64,000 bases of DNA from Verrucomicrobiota bacterium (GTDB lineage: Bacteria; Verrucomicrobiota; Verrucomicrobiia; Limisphaerales; J093), in NCBI GenBank assembly GCA_040766265.1, contig JAXGQW010000012.1, forward strand, positions 7,901-71,900. Reading direction: 5' to 3'. Numbering within the stretch: the first letter of the stretch is position 1; every line of letters starts with the position of its first letter. A program made the position numbers and the translations under genes. The notes below the pieces were generated by a model. The model did not search any database and was not told where the DNA came from. It worked only from the letters and a program-made list of their open reading frames with translations. This document shows, piece by piece, positions 48,237 through 58,144 of the stretch.

Positions 48237-50171
48237 TTACCAGAAGATGATGTTGAGAACCACGCAGCCGGCCAGGAGCGCCCAGCCGATGGTCGTCGGT
48301 TTCAAATACCAGGCCTGCTCCTCGTCCTTGAGCTTCGGGGTCAGGGAGTAGACCAGGCCCTTGAGTTCCTCGTTCGTCTTGGTTCGCCGCGTGGCGAGCG
48401 AGATGACCAGGGTCAGCAGGAAACAGGCGCTGAACGCGAAGCTGGCGAGCCAGAAATTCTGAGCCATTTCGCTGGGGAAGGTCTGGGCGACGCCCAGGTA
48501 CCCTCCCTTGAGGCCGGGGTTGTTGCCGGCGGCCAGGGTGAGCGAATGGAACAACGCCGAGGTCAGCGTGCCGCCCAGGAGCCCGTAAAAGGCGCCGTGC
48601 GAAGTGGTGCGCGCCCAGAACATCCCCAGCAGGAAGGTGGCGAAGAGGGGGGCATTGACGAAGCCGAACACGAGTTGAACGATGTCCATCGCGTTCGAAT
48701 AATTGCTGGCGAAGTAGGCGCAGGCAATGCTCAGGAGCACGCCCGCCACCGTCACCACGCGCCCCATCCACATGTAGTGCCCATCGCTCTTGTTGGGGCA
48801 GATGTAGGCCTGGTAGAGATCGTAGGTCCAGACCGTGTTGAAGGCGGTCACGTTGCCCGCCATGCCCGACATGAACGACGCCAGCAGGGCGGTCAAGGCA
48901 AGGCCGAGGAGCCCGGACGGGCAGTATCTCTTGACCAGCGAGAGAATCACGCCGTCGTAATCGGTGTCGGCGACGGCGTTCTGCAGATGATTGCGCAGCG
49001 ACTTGTCGTCGAGTGTCGGAGCGGCTTCGAGCAACGCGGCGACGCGATCGGGGAACATCTTCACGCCGGCGGCTTCGCCGATGCGTTTCGCGGCGGCTTC
49101 GGCATCGAGCTTCTGGCTGGCCGCCTCTTTCACGGCCGGGACGGCTTTGGCGTAGGCGCTCTCGACCAGCATCTTGGGCGGGAGCCGATAGCCGTCTTTG
49201 CCCAGCGAGGCCAGGGTCACGGCGATCATCCCCGGCACGATCACCAGGGCGGGGAAGAGCATCTTGGGGAGGGCGGCGATCAGAGGTGTGCGGCGGGCGG
49301 CGGACATGTTCCGGGCCGCCATGGCACGCTGGACCACCAGGAAGTTCGTGCACCAGTATCCGAACGACAGCACGAACCCGAGCCCGAACACCATCGCGAA
49401 GAGATCGACGCCCATCGGATTGGCCGTCGGGCCGCCCAGCAGCGGTTTCCAGGCGCTTGACCATGCGTCGGGGGCGTAGCTGCCGGCGGCCAGTCCGAGT
49501 CTGGCGGGGTCCTGGGCCACATTCGAGAGCGACTGGGTCATCGTCTCCCATCCGCCGACGTCTTTGAGGCCCAGGTAGACGACCGGGGCGAACCCGAGGA
49601 CGATCATGAAGAACTGGAGCACCTCGGTGTAGATGGCCGAGGTGAGGCCGCCTTTGAACACGTAGATGAGCACGACGGCCGAGCAGATCCAGAGGCTCAG
49701 GTTGTAGTCCCAGCCGAGCAACTGGTGCAGCAGCTTGGCCAGCGCGTTCATCGAGATCCCCGATGCGAACAGCGTCATCACGGCGAACGTGATCGAGTTC
49801 AGGCACCGCGTCCGCTCATCGAACCGCATCTTGAGATACTCGGGGACGGACCGGGCCTTCGAGCCGTAGTAGAACGGCATCATGAAGATCGCCAGGAACA
49901 CCATCGCGGGGATCGCGCCCACCCAATAGAAATGGCTGGTGGCGATGCCGTACTTGGCCCCGCTGGCGGCCATCCCGACCAGTTCGAGCGCGCCCAGGTT
50001 CGCCGACAGGAAGGCCAGGCCGGTGATCCAGGCTGGAATCGAGCGGCCGGAGAGGAAGAAATCCTCGCTGCTTTTCATGAACCGTTTGAGGGCAAATCCG
50101 ATGCCCAGCACGAAAAGCGAATAGATGATGAGAATGGAGTAATCGATTCCGCCCAGTTGAATGCTTTGCAT
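48237..50171 (-). CDS. sodium:solute symporter (SSS/SGLT family)
   Basis: About 13-14 TM helices. 'DYSILIIYSLFVLGIGF', 'FFLSGRSIPAW' and 'GGLTSAIYTEVLQ'. Start at ATG 50171. Confidence 0.88.
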   Translation of the reverse strand: MQSIQLGGIDYSILIIYSLFVLGIGFALKRFMKSSEDFFLSGRSIPAWITGLAFLSANLGALELVGMAASGAKYGIATSHFYWVGAIPAMVFLAIFMMPFYYGSKARSVPEYLKMRFDERTRCLNSITFAVMTLFASGISMNALAKLLHQLLGWDYNLSLWICSAVVLIYVFKGGLTSAIYTEVLQFFMIVLGFAPVVYLGLKDVGGWETMTQSLSNVAQDPARLGLAAGSYAPDAWSSAWKPLLGGPTANPMGVDLFAMVFGLGFVLSFGYWCTNFLVVQRAMAARNMSAARRTPLIAALPKMLFPALVIVPGMIAVTLASLGKDGYRLPPKMLVESAYAKAVPAVKEAASQKLDAEAAAKRIGEAAGVKMFPDRVAALLEAAPTLDDKSLRNHLQNAVADTDYDGVILSLVKRYCPSGLLGLALTALLASFMSGMAGNVTAFNTVWTYDLYQAYICPNKSDGHYMWMGRVVTVAGVLLSIACAYFASNYSNAMDIVQLVFGFVNAPLFATFLLGMFWARTTSHGAFYGLLGGTLTSALFHSLTLAAGNNPGLKGGYLGVAQTFPSEMAQNFWLASFAFSACFLLTLVISLATRRTKTNEELKGLVYSLTPKLKDEEQAWYLKPTTIGWALLAGCVVLNIIFW

Positions 50172-50290
50172 ACGGTCCAGTGCCAATGGTGTACCGGCCC
50201 ATCCCCCCCTTGTCAATCAAGCGAGCACTGAGATTTAGCTTGAGCTTTGGGCGCGACTTGTGTGGTTATATGGCCTTTCATTGTCGTGCC

Positions 50291-51205
50291 ATGTCAATTT
50301 CTGCGAAACATTTGCTGAGTCTGGAGAAGATGGATCCGGAGGCCCTCCGGCACATCCTGACCGCAACGACCGAACTCAAGCGCGACCGGGGGCGCGTCTG
50401 CGCGCGCTCGCTGGCCGGGCAGACCTGGGCCTTGATTTTCAGCAAGTCCTCGACCCGCACGCGCGTCTCGTTCGAGGTGGGCATCCGCGAGTTGGGCGGC
50501 CAGGCCTTGTTCCTTTCCGCGAGTGAAATCCAGATCGGGCGCGGCGAGTCGATCAAGGACACGGCGCGCGTGCTGGGGCGCATGATCCAGGGCGCCGTGA
50601 TCCGCACGTATGCCCAGCAGGATGTCGAGGAGTTCGCCCTTTACTCCGGCATCCCCACGATCAATGCGCTGACTGATGCCGAGCATCCGTGTCAGATCCT
50701 GGCTGACGTGTTCACGTTCGAGGAGAAGCGCGGGCCGATTGCCGGGCGGGTGGTGGCGTTTCTCGGCGATGGCGCCTGCAACGTGGCGTCGAGCTGGATC
50801 TGGGCGGCTGCCAGACTCGGTTTTGAATTGCGCATCGCCGCTCCCAAACCCTACCAGCCGCCGGCCGATCTGCTCCGCCGCGCGCATGCGCAGGTCCGGT
50901 GCACGGACGATCCCGTCGAGGCCGTTGCCGGAGCCGACCTTCTCTACACCGACGTCTGGGTGTCGATGGGCAAGGAGGCCGAGGCGTCGGATCGCCTGAG
51001 CCTGCTCAAGGATTTTCAGCTTAACGCGCGTCTGGTCAAAGAGGCGAAGCCGGACGCCCTGGTGATGCATTGCCTGCCCGCCTACCGCGGCAAGGAGATC
51101 GATGCGGCCACATTCGAGGCGAATGCCGCGACGATCTTCGACGAGGCGGAGAACCGGTTGCACACGCAGAAGGCGGTGCTCAGTTGGGTGGTCGGCCCGG
51201 ATTGA
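50291..51205 (+). CDS. argF: ornithine carbamoyltransferase
   Basis: 'FSKSSTRTRVSFE', 'HPCQILAD', 'DVWVSMG' and 'HCLPAYRGKEI'. Start at ATG 50291. Confidence 0.92.
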   Translation: MSISAKHLLSLEKMDPEALRHILTATTELKRDRGRVCARSLAGQTWALIFSKSSTRTRVSFEVGIRELGGQALFLSASEIQIGRGESIKDTARVLGRMIQGAVIRTYAQQDVEEFALYSGIPTINALTDAEHPCQILADVFTFEEKRGPIAGRVVAFLGDGACNVASSWIWAAARLGFELRIAAPKPYQPPADLLRRAHAQVRCTDDPVEAVAGADLLYTDVWVSMGKEAEASDRLSLLKDFQLNARLVKEAKPDALVMHCLPAYRGKEIDAATFEANAATIFDEAENRLHTQKAVLSWVVGPD

Positions 51206-51285
51206 GTGAAGTCCGGCTGCCTGGTCCGCGTCGGGGTTCTCCCCAGTCCCGGCGGTCTGAACGTTGTGAAAGAGAGAAGTGCTGC

Positions 51286-51418
51286 GTGTATCTGGAGGTT
51301 CTCGGTGGGAATCGGGTTTGGGCCGCGTGGGGGCACGCGGCCTACACCGGGAGTGTCGATCCCGTGCAGGCCCGGTGCCCTCACCGGGCGGCATCACACC
51401 GACAACTGGCAGATGCAC
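51286..51418. repeat. 133-nt element E2
   Basis: Collinear with E1 without indels: landmark blocks sit at +15, +45, +85 and +125 in both. Confidence 0.9.
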
Positions 51419-51569
51419 CGAGAAGTGCGGGGGGACGGCGCACGCGCTTGACGCAACCCGGTTCGCTGGTATTGTCGCGCCTCTTTGAGATGGGACGCAC
51501 CCTGCGCAGACCGCGATGGCAACGGGATTTGCCGTGCGGGCCGGGGTGCGGCACAGCGAGCGCATTTGC

Positions 51570-51707
51570 ATGAAACGTCAATACCAACCATCGAAGATTC
51601 GCCGGAAACGCCAGCACGGTTTTCTGGCCCGCAACGCAAGCAAACGAGGCCGGGCGACCCTGGCGCGCCGCCGCCGGGTCGGACGCAAGCGGTTGACCCC
51701 CGTCTGA
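51570..51707 (+). CDS. rpmH: 50S ribosomal protein L34
   Basis: '[43 protein letters not shown]'. Confidence 0.95.
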   Translation: MKRQYQPSKIRRKRQHGFLARNASKRGRATLARRRRVGRKRLTPV

Positions 51708-51837
51708 GCCGCGCGCTCCGGCGAGGGGCTGGGGAAGCCGTGCCAGGCGCCGGCTTGGGCGCTGACGCTTCCTCGACGGGGCGAGGTTTCGCCCCGGTCG
51801 CCTCGTCCGGCGCCGGCCAATCGAGTTCTTCGATCGA

Positions 51838-52239
51838 GTGACTGTCCAGAGACCACCGCCTTTGACCTTGCCGCGCAAGGCGCGCCTTCGCCGCCCCGGT
51901 GAGTTCGCCGATGTCCGCCAGCGCGGGCGTCGCGTTGTGCGCGGATGTCTCATCGCGAACTGGGCCGGCCTGCCGGGCGGGGCGCTCTCGAAGCTGGGTG
52001 TGGTGACCGGGCGCAAGGTGGGCAAGGCGGTCGAGAGGTCGCGCGCCCGCCGGCTGCTGCGCGAGACCTTCCGCCTCCATCAGCACGATCTGCGCGTACC
52101 AGTCGCCCTGGTGCTGGTGGCTCGCCCCTCGATTCGGGGCCAAACGCGGATGGCCGTCGAGCGCGATTTCCTGGCTGCCTTGCGTGGCGCCGGACTTCTT
52201 CGCCCGGCGCCGAGCACGGTCGGGCTGCGAACGCCATGA
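51838..52239 (+). CDS. rnpA: ribonuclease P protein component
   Basis: '[16 protein letters not shown]', '[17 protein letters not shown]' and its position after rpmH. GTG start. Confidence 0.85.
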   Translation: MTVQRPPPLTLPRKARLRRPGEFADVRQRGRRVVRGCLIANWAGLPGGALSKLGVVTGRKVGKAVERSRARRLLRETFRLHQHDLRVPVALVLVARPSIRGQTRMAVERDFLAALRGAGLLRPAPSTVGLRTP

Positions 52240-52754
52240 ACCCGGCCCAACATCTCGCGGTGGGGGCGATTCGGTTTTACCGATGGGTGGTGTCGCCCGC
52301 CAAGACTGTCCTGTTCGGGCCGCTAGGCCGGTGCCGCTACAATCCCTCGTGTTCCGCGTACGCTCTGGAAGCCGTGCGCACGCACGGAACCCTTCGCGGG
52401 CTATGGCTCGCCCTCCGGCGATTCGGTCGGTGCCATCCGTGGGGGGGCTGCGGTGACGATCCGGTGCCGCCGGCGCGCACCCCGTCCGCCGGCAACCCTG
52501 CATCTGCGCGCCTCACACGCTCCGCCTCGAGGCCTGTCACCGCCCTGTCCGAGGCGCTCACTCCGCAGCGCGGCAGAGCCGCAACCGATGTTACGGCTTC
52601 CTCGTCAACGCCGGGCCCCGACGAACACGCCGGTCGCCGCGCTGCGCTGGCGCTAACGCGCAGTGAGAGGCGTGAAGAAGACGAGGAACCAGGCTCCGAG
52701 TTTGTTCGCAGCCTGCGACCGATCTCAACGATTGTAGCACAGGGTCCCGCCTGA
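52236..52754 (+). CDS. yidD: membrane protein insertion efficiency factor YidD with a long low-complexity C-terminal extension
   Basis: '[12 protein letters not shown]....[36 protein letters not shown]'. Its ATG overlaps the rnpA stop (ATGA). Confidence 0.85.
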   Translation: MNPAQHLAVGAIRFYRWVVSPAKTVLFGPLGRCRYNPSCSAYALEAVRTHGTLRGLWLALRRFGRCHPWGGCGDDPVPPARTPSAGNPASARLTRSASRPVTALSEALTPQRGRAATDVTASSSTPGPDEHAGRRAALALTRSERREEDEEPGSEFVRSLRPISTIVAQGPA

Positions 52755-52763
52755 GTTTCCGTC

Positions 52764-54584
52764 ATGGACCGCAAGTCGATTCTCATTCTTGTTCTCTGTT
52801 TCGTTTTGCTGATGCTCTGGCCCGCGTTGGTGAACAAGATCTTCCCGCCGCCGACGCAGGCCGGGCGCACCAACATCGTCGCGGGCGCCGCATCGACCAA
52901 CCTCTTCGGCCTGACAAACCTCCCGCCCTCGACCAATGGCCTGGGGGGATCGGGTGCGGCCGCGGCATTGCCCGCCATCACCGCCCCCAGCTCGGGCGCG
53001 TTTGCCTGGCAGCCGCCGACAGGCCCCGAGGAAACCGTCAAAGTCGAGTCGACCGATGCGATCTACACATTCACTTCGCACGGGGGCGGTTTAAAAAGGG
53101 TCGAGTTGAAGGGAACAGTCGAGACCGTGCCGTGCGGGCGCGGGAAACGCGCCGATTCCGACAAGTTGGCGACTTTGAATCGGGATGCGCCGGTGCCCGC
53201 GCTGGCTCTTTTTGCCGGGGGTGGTCTCGATGATGCGCGTCCGTTTGCGATGCGCCGGATCGAGGGGGGCGTGACTGCCGAGAAGACGCTGACCAACGGG
53301 TTGCGCGTGGTGAAGGAATTCCTGGTTCAGTCCAATTACATGGTCGCCGCGGCCGTCCGGATCGAGAACCCGGGGAGCGAGCCGATCGCCCTTCCCGCGC
53401 AGGAGCTGGTGATTGGCGCGGCGACTCCGATGGGGCCCTATGACGACGGCACCTACGTGCGACTGGAATGGTACGACGGCGGGCGAACGGTGTCGGCGGA
53501 TCGGAACTGGTTTTCCAACCGGGGCTTCTTCAGTTGTCTGGGTCTGGGCGGCGCGCCGCGCGCCGAGTACCAGAGTCCGGGCGCCAGCAATGTGGTTTGG
53601 GCATCGGTTCAGAACCAGTTTTTCACGATGGTGGCGATTCCTCAACAGGCTCCGCATGGACTGGTGGCGCGTCCGGTCGATCTGCCGCCCCCGAGCAGCG
53701 AGGAGCGGGAACGCGACTCGAGGATCAAGGCCAAGCCGGTCGGATACCAGGCCGCGTTTGTTTATGCGCCTCTGGTGATTCCTCCCGGCCAGGCGCTCGA
53801 TCGCCGACTCGAGGTGTTCGCGGGCCCGAAAGAGTACAACACCCTGGCGAAGCTGGGTCGCAACGTCGATCTGGTGATGGGCTTTGGGGGCTTTTTCGGG
53901 TGGTTCGCCAAGCTGCTGCTCACGTCGATGAACGGCCTTCACAGTCTGGGTTTGTCCTATGGCGCGACGATCATCGCCATCACCGTCATCATCAAGATTC
54001 TCTTCTGGCCGTTGACCCAGGCGAGCACACGGTCGATGAAGCGCATGCAGGCTCTGCAGCCGCAGATGAAGGCGCTCCAGGAGAAGTACAAGTCCGATCC
54101 CAAGAAGATGAATCAGAAGCTGATGGAGTTCATGAAGGAGAACAAGGTCAGCCCGCTGGGGGGCTGCCTGCCGCTCATGCTTCAGATTCCGGTGTTTTTC
54201 GGCTTCTTCCAGATGCTACGCAGCGCGATCGAGTTGCGCGGGGCGCGCTTTCTCTGGGCTTGCGACCTGTCGCAGCCGGACACGGTGGCATTGGTGTTCG
54301 GCTTTCCCATCAACCCGCTGCCGCTGATCATGGGGGCGACCCAGATTTGGCAGATGCGGCTGACCCCGCCCTCGCCGGGTGTGGATCCGGTCCAGCAGAA
54401 GATGATGCAGTACATGCCGCTCATCTTCGTGTTCATGCTGTACAACTTCTCCGCCGGGTTGGCGCTTTACTGGACCGTCCAGAACCTGCTAAGCATCCTC
54501 CAGATGAAACTCACCAAGAGCATGACGCCGGCACAGTCCGCGGCGCCGCCCAAACCGCCGGTCCGGCCGGCCAAGGGCAAGTGA
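52764..54584 (+). CDS. yidC: membrane protein insertase YidC
   Basis: N-terminal anchor, a large periplasmic domain and a C-terminal 'PLGGCLPLMLQIPVFFGFF...YWTVQNLLSILQ'. Confidence 0.93.
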   Translation: MDRKSILILVLCFVLLMLWPALVNKIFPPPTQAGRTNIVAGAASTNLFGLTNLPPSTNGLGGSGAAAALPAITAPSSGAFAWQPPTGPEETVKVESTDAIYTFTSHGGGLKRVELKGTVETVPCGRGKRADSDKLATLNRDAPVPALALFAGGGLDDARPFAMRRIEGGVTAEKTLTNGLRVVKEFLVQSNYMVAAAVRIENPGSEPIALPAQELVIGAATPMGPYDDGTYVRLEWYDGGRTVSADRNWFSNRGFFSCLGLGGAPRAEYQSPGASNVVWASVQNQFFTMVAIPQQAPHGLVARPVDLPPPSSEERERDSRIKAKPVGYQAAFVYAPLVIPPGQALDRRLEVFAGPKEYNTLAKLGRNVDLVMGFGGFFGWFAKLLLTSMNGLHSLGLSYGATIIAITVIIKILFWPLTQASTRSMKRMQALQPQMKALQEKYKSDPKKMNQKLMEFMKENKVSPLGGCLPLMLQIPVFFGFFQMLRSAIELRGARFLWACDLSQPDTVALVFGFPINPLPLIMGATQIWQMRLTPPSPGVDPVQQKMMQYMPLIFVFMLYNFSAGLALYWTVQNLLSILQMKLTKSMTPAQSAAPPKPPVRPAKGK

Positions 54585-54654
54585 CCCGGATACGCTTTGC
54601 GGCCGATGGATGGTTTCGACACGCTTTCTGAACACTCAAACCTCGCCACATTTT

Positions 54655-55104
54655 ATGCCTGCCAATGCCAAAGCGCTCACCGAGGAGTTTCTTCGTCTCC
54701 TGGGGTTCCCATGCACCGTTGAACCGAGCCAACTCGACGACGGAATGCTCGTCGACATCCAATGCGACGACGCCGGGCGGTTGATCGGGCGCCAGGGCCA
54801 GACCCTCAGCGAGATGCAGTATCTGATCAACCGGATGATCTTCCAGCAGGACAAGGAGCATCCCAAGATCACTCTCGATGTCGGCGGGTATCGGTCCCAG
54901 GCGCGCGAGGCGCTGGTGCAGAAAGCGATGGAAGCCGCCGAGAAGGTCCGGCGCTGGGGCGACATCGTCGAACTCGAGCCGATGAATGCGTTCGACCGGC
55001 GCATTGTCCACAACGCGCTCAAGGACGATCCGGGTGTCGAGACGCACAGCGTCGAGGTGGACGGCACCACCAAGAAGGCCATTCTCCTGCGGCCCAAACA
55101 TTAG
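54655..55104 (+). CDS. jag: Jag/KhpB-like RNA-binding protein (KH + R3H)
   Basis: 'GRLIGRQGQTLSEMQYLINR' (KH) and 'MNAFDRRIVHNALKDDPGVETHSV' (R3H). Start at ATG 54655. Confidence 0.85.
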   Translation: MPANAKALTEEFLRLLGFPCTVEPSQLDDGMLVDIQCDDAGRLIGRQGQTLSEMQYLINRMIFQQDKEHPKITLDVGGYRSQAREALVQKAMEAAEKVRRWGDIVELEPMNAFDRRIVHNALKDDPGVETHSVEVDGTTKKAILLRPKH

Positions 55105-55127
55105 CGAGGCGTCGGCTGCCGGCTGCC

Positions 55128-55934
55128 ATGGGCAAGCCTCAGCGCAAGGGAACTGAGGACACGCCTCGTCGGTCTGAGCCGCGGCTCGGGTGTGAACGCC
55201 TCGACGCCGCTCTGGTGCGGCGCAACCTCAGCCCGAGCCGCGACAAGGCCAAGCGCATGGTTCTCGCGGGCCAGGTGCGGGTGGATGGCCAGGTGGCCCG
55301 AAAGCCCAGCGAGCCGGTCCGCGACTCGGCGGCCATCGCGATCGACGCCCCCGAGAAATACGTGAGCCGCGGCGGATTGAAGCTCGAGCATGCGCTCGAG
55401 TCGTTCGGCCTGGGCGTGCGGGGCGCCACCGCCCTCGATGTCGGGGCTTCCACGGGCGGGTTCACCGATTGTCTCCTGCAGCACGGCGCCGCGCGGGTCT
55501 TCGCCGTCGATGTCGGGCGCGGTCAACTGGCCTGGAAGCTCCGTCAGGACCCCCGGGTGCACGCCATCGAGGGCCTGAATGCGCGCCATCTTGCGGCGGG
55601 TTGTTTTCCGGCGCCGTTCGCCCCGGTGGACATGGCGGTGATTGACTGTTCCTTCATCTCGTTGCGGCTGGTCCTCCCGCCCACGGCGGCGCTCGTCCGC
55701 CCCGGGGGCTGCCTTGTGGCGCTCGTGAAGCCGCAGTTCGAGGCCGGTCGGGCCGAGGCGAGCCGGGGCGGCGGGGTCATCACTGATCCGGCAGTGCATC
55801 GGCGAGTCCTCGGCGAGCTCGAAGCCTTCGTCGGCGGCTTCGTCGGTTTGCGCTGGCGTGCGGTGACGGAATCGCCCATTCTGGGGCCGGCGGGCAACAA
55901 GGAATTCTTGGCGTTGATTGAAAAGACTACCTGA
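55128..55934 (+). CDS. tlyA: TlyA-family rRNA (cytidine-2'-O)-methyltransferase
   Basis: S4 domain 'RLDAALVRRNLSPSRDKAKRMVLAGQVRVDG' and 'YVSRGGLKLEHAL..LDVGASTGGFTDCLL'. Confidence 0.88.
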   Translation: MGKPQRKGTEDTPRRSEPRLGCERLDAALVRRNLSPSRDKAKRMVLAGQVRVDGQVARKPSEPVRDSAAIAIDAPEKYVSRGGLKLEHALESFGLGVRGATALDVGASTGGFTDCLLQHGAARVFAVDVGRGQLAWKLRQDPRVHAIEGLNARHLAAGCFPAPFAPVDMAVIDCSFISLRLVLPPTAALVRPGGCLVALVKPQFEAGRAEASRGGGVITDPAVHRRVLGELEAFVGGFVGLRWRAVTESPILGPAGNKEFLALIEKTT

Positions 55935-56802
55935 TTCGATTCGCCGGGTGGGCCTGGTCGGGAATCCGGAGAAAGTTGCCACCCGCAGCGTGGCGCGCAA
56001 GGCGAGGGCGCTGATTGCCGCCGCTGGGCGGGAGGTGCTCGTCGATGCCGGCACGGCCGAGTTTGTCGGGCTTTCCGACGCGCGTTTCGAGTCGGTCAGG
56101 GCACTGGCCAGGGAGTGCGATCTGCTGATTGTGTTTGGAGGGGACGGCACGATTCTCCATGTGGCCCGGCAGGCCGCCGGCTCCGGCACGCCGATCCTGG
56201 GCATCAACCTGGGCCGTCTGGGCTTTCTCACCGCCAGTTCGGCCGCCAACCTGGGCCGGACCCTCGAGGCGGTGTGGTCGGGACAGTGCCACGTCGAGTC
56301 GCGTCCCCTAATCGAGGCCGCGGGGCGGGGACGCCACGGGCCGATCCACGAGGTGGCGCTCAACGACTTTGTGGTCAGCCACGGCATGGTTCCGCGCCTG
56401 ATCGAACTCGAGGTGAAGGTCGACCGTGAAGTGCTGACCAGCTACCGAGGCGATGGCTTGATCGTCAGTTCGCCGACCGGATCGACGGCGTACTCGCTCG
56501 CCGCCGGCGGCGCCGTGGTGAGTCCCCGGGCCGATGTGTTCGCCCTCACGCCCATCTGCCCGCACACACTCTCGAACCGGTCGGTGATCGTGAGCCTGAG
56601 TTCGACCATCGAGGTCCGCCTGCTCAGCGAACGGGTGGACACGTTCCTGGCCGCTGACGGCCAGACCCGCGCCGAACTGCGGGCCGGCGATTGGCTCAAG
56701 GTGCGGCGCAGCCGCAACACGGCGCATTTGGTGCGCTTGCCTGGAAGCTCGTTTTTTGGGACACTGCGGCAGAAACTGAACTGGAGCGGGTCCAGCGTCT
56801 GA
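55918..56802 (+). CDS. nadK: NAD kinase
   Basis: 'LLIVFGGDGTILHVAR', 'GINLGRLGFL' and 'GDGLIVSSPTGSTAYSLAAGG'. The TTG start at 55918 overlaps tlyA; GTG at 55948 is an alternative. Confidence 0.9.
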   Translation: MKRLPDSIRRVGLVGNPEKVATRSVARKARALIAAAGREVLVDAGTAEFVGLSDARFESVRALARECDLLIVFGGDGTILHVARQAAGSGTPILGINLGRLGFLTASSAANLGRTLEAVWSGQCHVESRPLIEAAGRGRHGPIHEVALNDFVVSHGMVPRLIELEVKVDREVLTSYRGDGLIVSSPTGSTAYSLAAGGAVVSPRADVFALTPICPHTLSNRSVIVSLSSTIEVRLLSERVDTFLAADGQTRAELRAGDWLKVRRSRNTAHLVRLPGSSFFGTLRQKLNWSGSSV

Positions 56803-56883
56803 GGAGAGCAGCCGGCGATCAGGCCCGGCCTTGCCCGGGTTCGAGAGCCGCGCGACGCGTCTCCCTCCGCAAGCCGCAATGAC

Positions 56884-57897
56884 ATGGTACGTCTGGTTGA
56901 CATCGCGAGGCAGGCCGGCGTGTCGGTAATGACGGTCTCCCGCGTTTTGCGGGACACGCCGGACATCTCCGCAGCCACCAGGGCGCGTGTGCGCGCCCTG
57001 GCGGAGCAGATGGGCTATGTGCCCAATGCGATGGCCCAGAGTTTGCGCACCCGCAGCACGCGGCTGATCGCCTTTGTCGTGCCAAACGTTGCCGATCCGG
57101 TGGCCACCCGCATCCTGCTGGCCCTCAGCGAGCGGACGCACGATCTTGGACGCGACTTGCTCGTGAGCCAGTCGCTCAATCGGCTCGACCGGGAGGAGAT
57201 CTGCATCCGCCGCGCGCTCGCCCGTCGTGTCGAGGGCTTCTTCCTTCAGCCGGTCTATCGGCTCGATCCCTCCGCCCCCGCCTACGACGAGGTGCGGCGG
57301 CACGGCACGAAGGTGGTCGTCTTGGGGCCCAAACCGCCTTTTTGCGAGCCGTTCGTCAACGTCCAGACCGACGAGGCTCTGGCGGCCGGCGAGGCCACTG
57401 CCCATTTGATCGAGCTAGGCCATCGCCGCATCGCATTTCTGTCCGGCCCGCCCACGTCGCCCGCCGCTCAGAACCGTTTCGAGGGTTATCGCCGCGCCCT
57501 GCGCAAGGCCGGGCTCGAGGTCGATGACGGGCTCATCTTTCATGCCGGGGAATCGATGGAAGACGGGGTGAAGGCGGCCGCGCAGATGCTCGGCGAGAGC
57601 GCCGCCGCCACGGCCGTTCAGGGGGTCAACGACCAGGTCGCCATGGGAGCCGCCACGTTGTTCTTCGACCGCGGCCTGCGGATACCCCAGGATCTTTCGG
57701 TCGTGGGCTGCGGCAACATCCCGTTCAGCGAGTGCTTTCGCGTGCCGCTCACGACGGTGCGGCAGCCCAAATACCAACTCGGTTTGGCCGCCGTTGGCAT
57801 GATGCAGGCGCTGCTCCGCGGCGAATCGGTCAGTTCCCGACTGCTGCCCGGCACGCTGGTTGTTCGCGCCAGCACCGGACCTCCGCGAGCCGGTTAG
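56884..57897 (+). CDS. LacI-family transcriptional regulator
   Basis: HTH 'LVDIARQAGVSVMTVSRVL' followed by a periplasmic-binding-fold domain. Confidence 0.9.
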   Translation: MVRLVDIARQAGVSVMTVSRVLRDTPDISAATRARVRALAEQMGYVPNAMAQSLRTRSTRLIAFVVPNVADPVATRILLALSERTHDLGRDLLVSQSLNRLDREEICIRRALARRVEGFFLQPVYRLDPSAPAYDEVRRHGTKVVVLGPKPPFCEPFVNVQTDEALAAGEATAHLIELGHRRIAFLSGPPTSPAAQNRFEGYRRALRKAGLEVDDGLIFHAGESMEDGVKAAAQMLGESAAATAVQGVNDQVAMGAATLFFDRGLRIPQDLSVVGCGNIPFSECFRVPLTTVRQPKYQLGLAAVGMMQALLRGESVSSRLLPGTLVVRASTGPPRAG

Positions 57898-58144
57898 CCC
57901 GCGAACGACACGAATCCAAGGCAACAGCGAGCCAGGGAATCCCCACACCGATTCAGGGCGGACCACAGATTCCCGAGGAGGACAAAATCGGCTCTCCCCC
58001 CACTCAATCTGTGTTCCGACCCGAATCTGTGTGGAGCCCTCACCGATTCAATGCACGACACGGATCGAGCAGATCCGTGGGTTGCGGCGGTCTGCTTCGC
58101 ACAGGCCATGATCTCACGCCAAGACGCAAAGCCGCCAAGGCCGG

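Noticed and set aside
51205-51570. Replication origin next to rpmH, or upstream of gyrB at 18591-18781
   Set aside because: There is no dnaA or dnaN in the window. By eye I found only isolated partial matches to TTATCCACA (for example GTCCACAA at about 18643), with no cluster and no AT-rich unwinding element. The rpmH upstream region is occupied by the 133-nt element.
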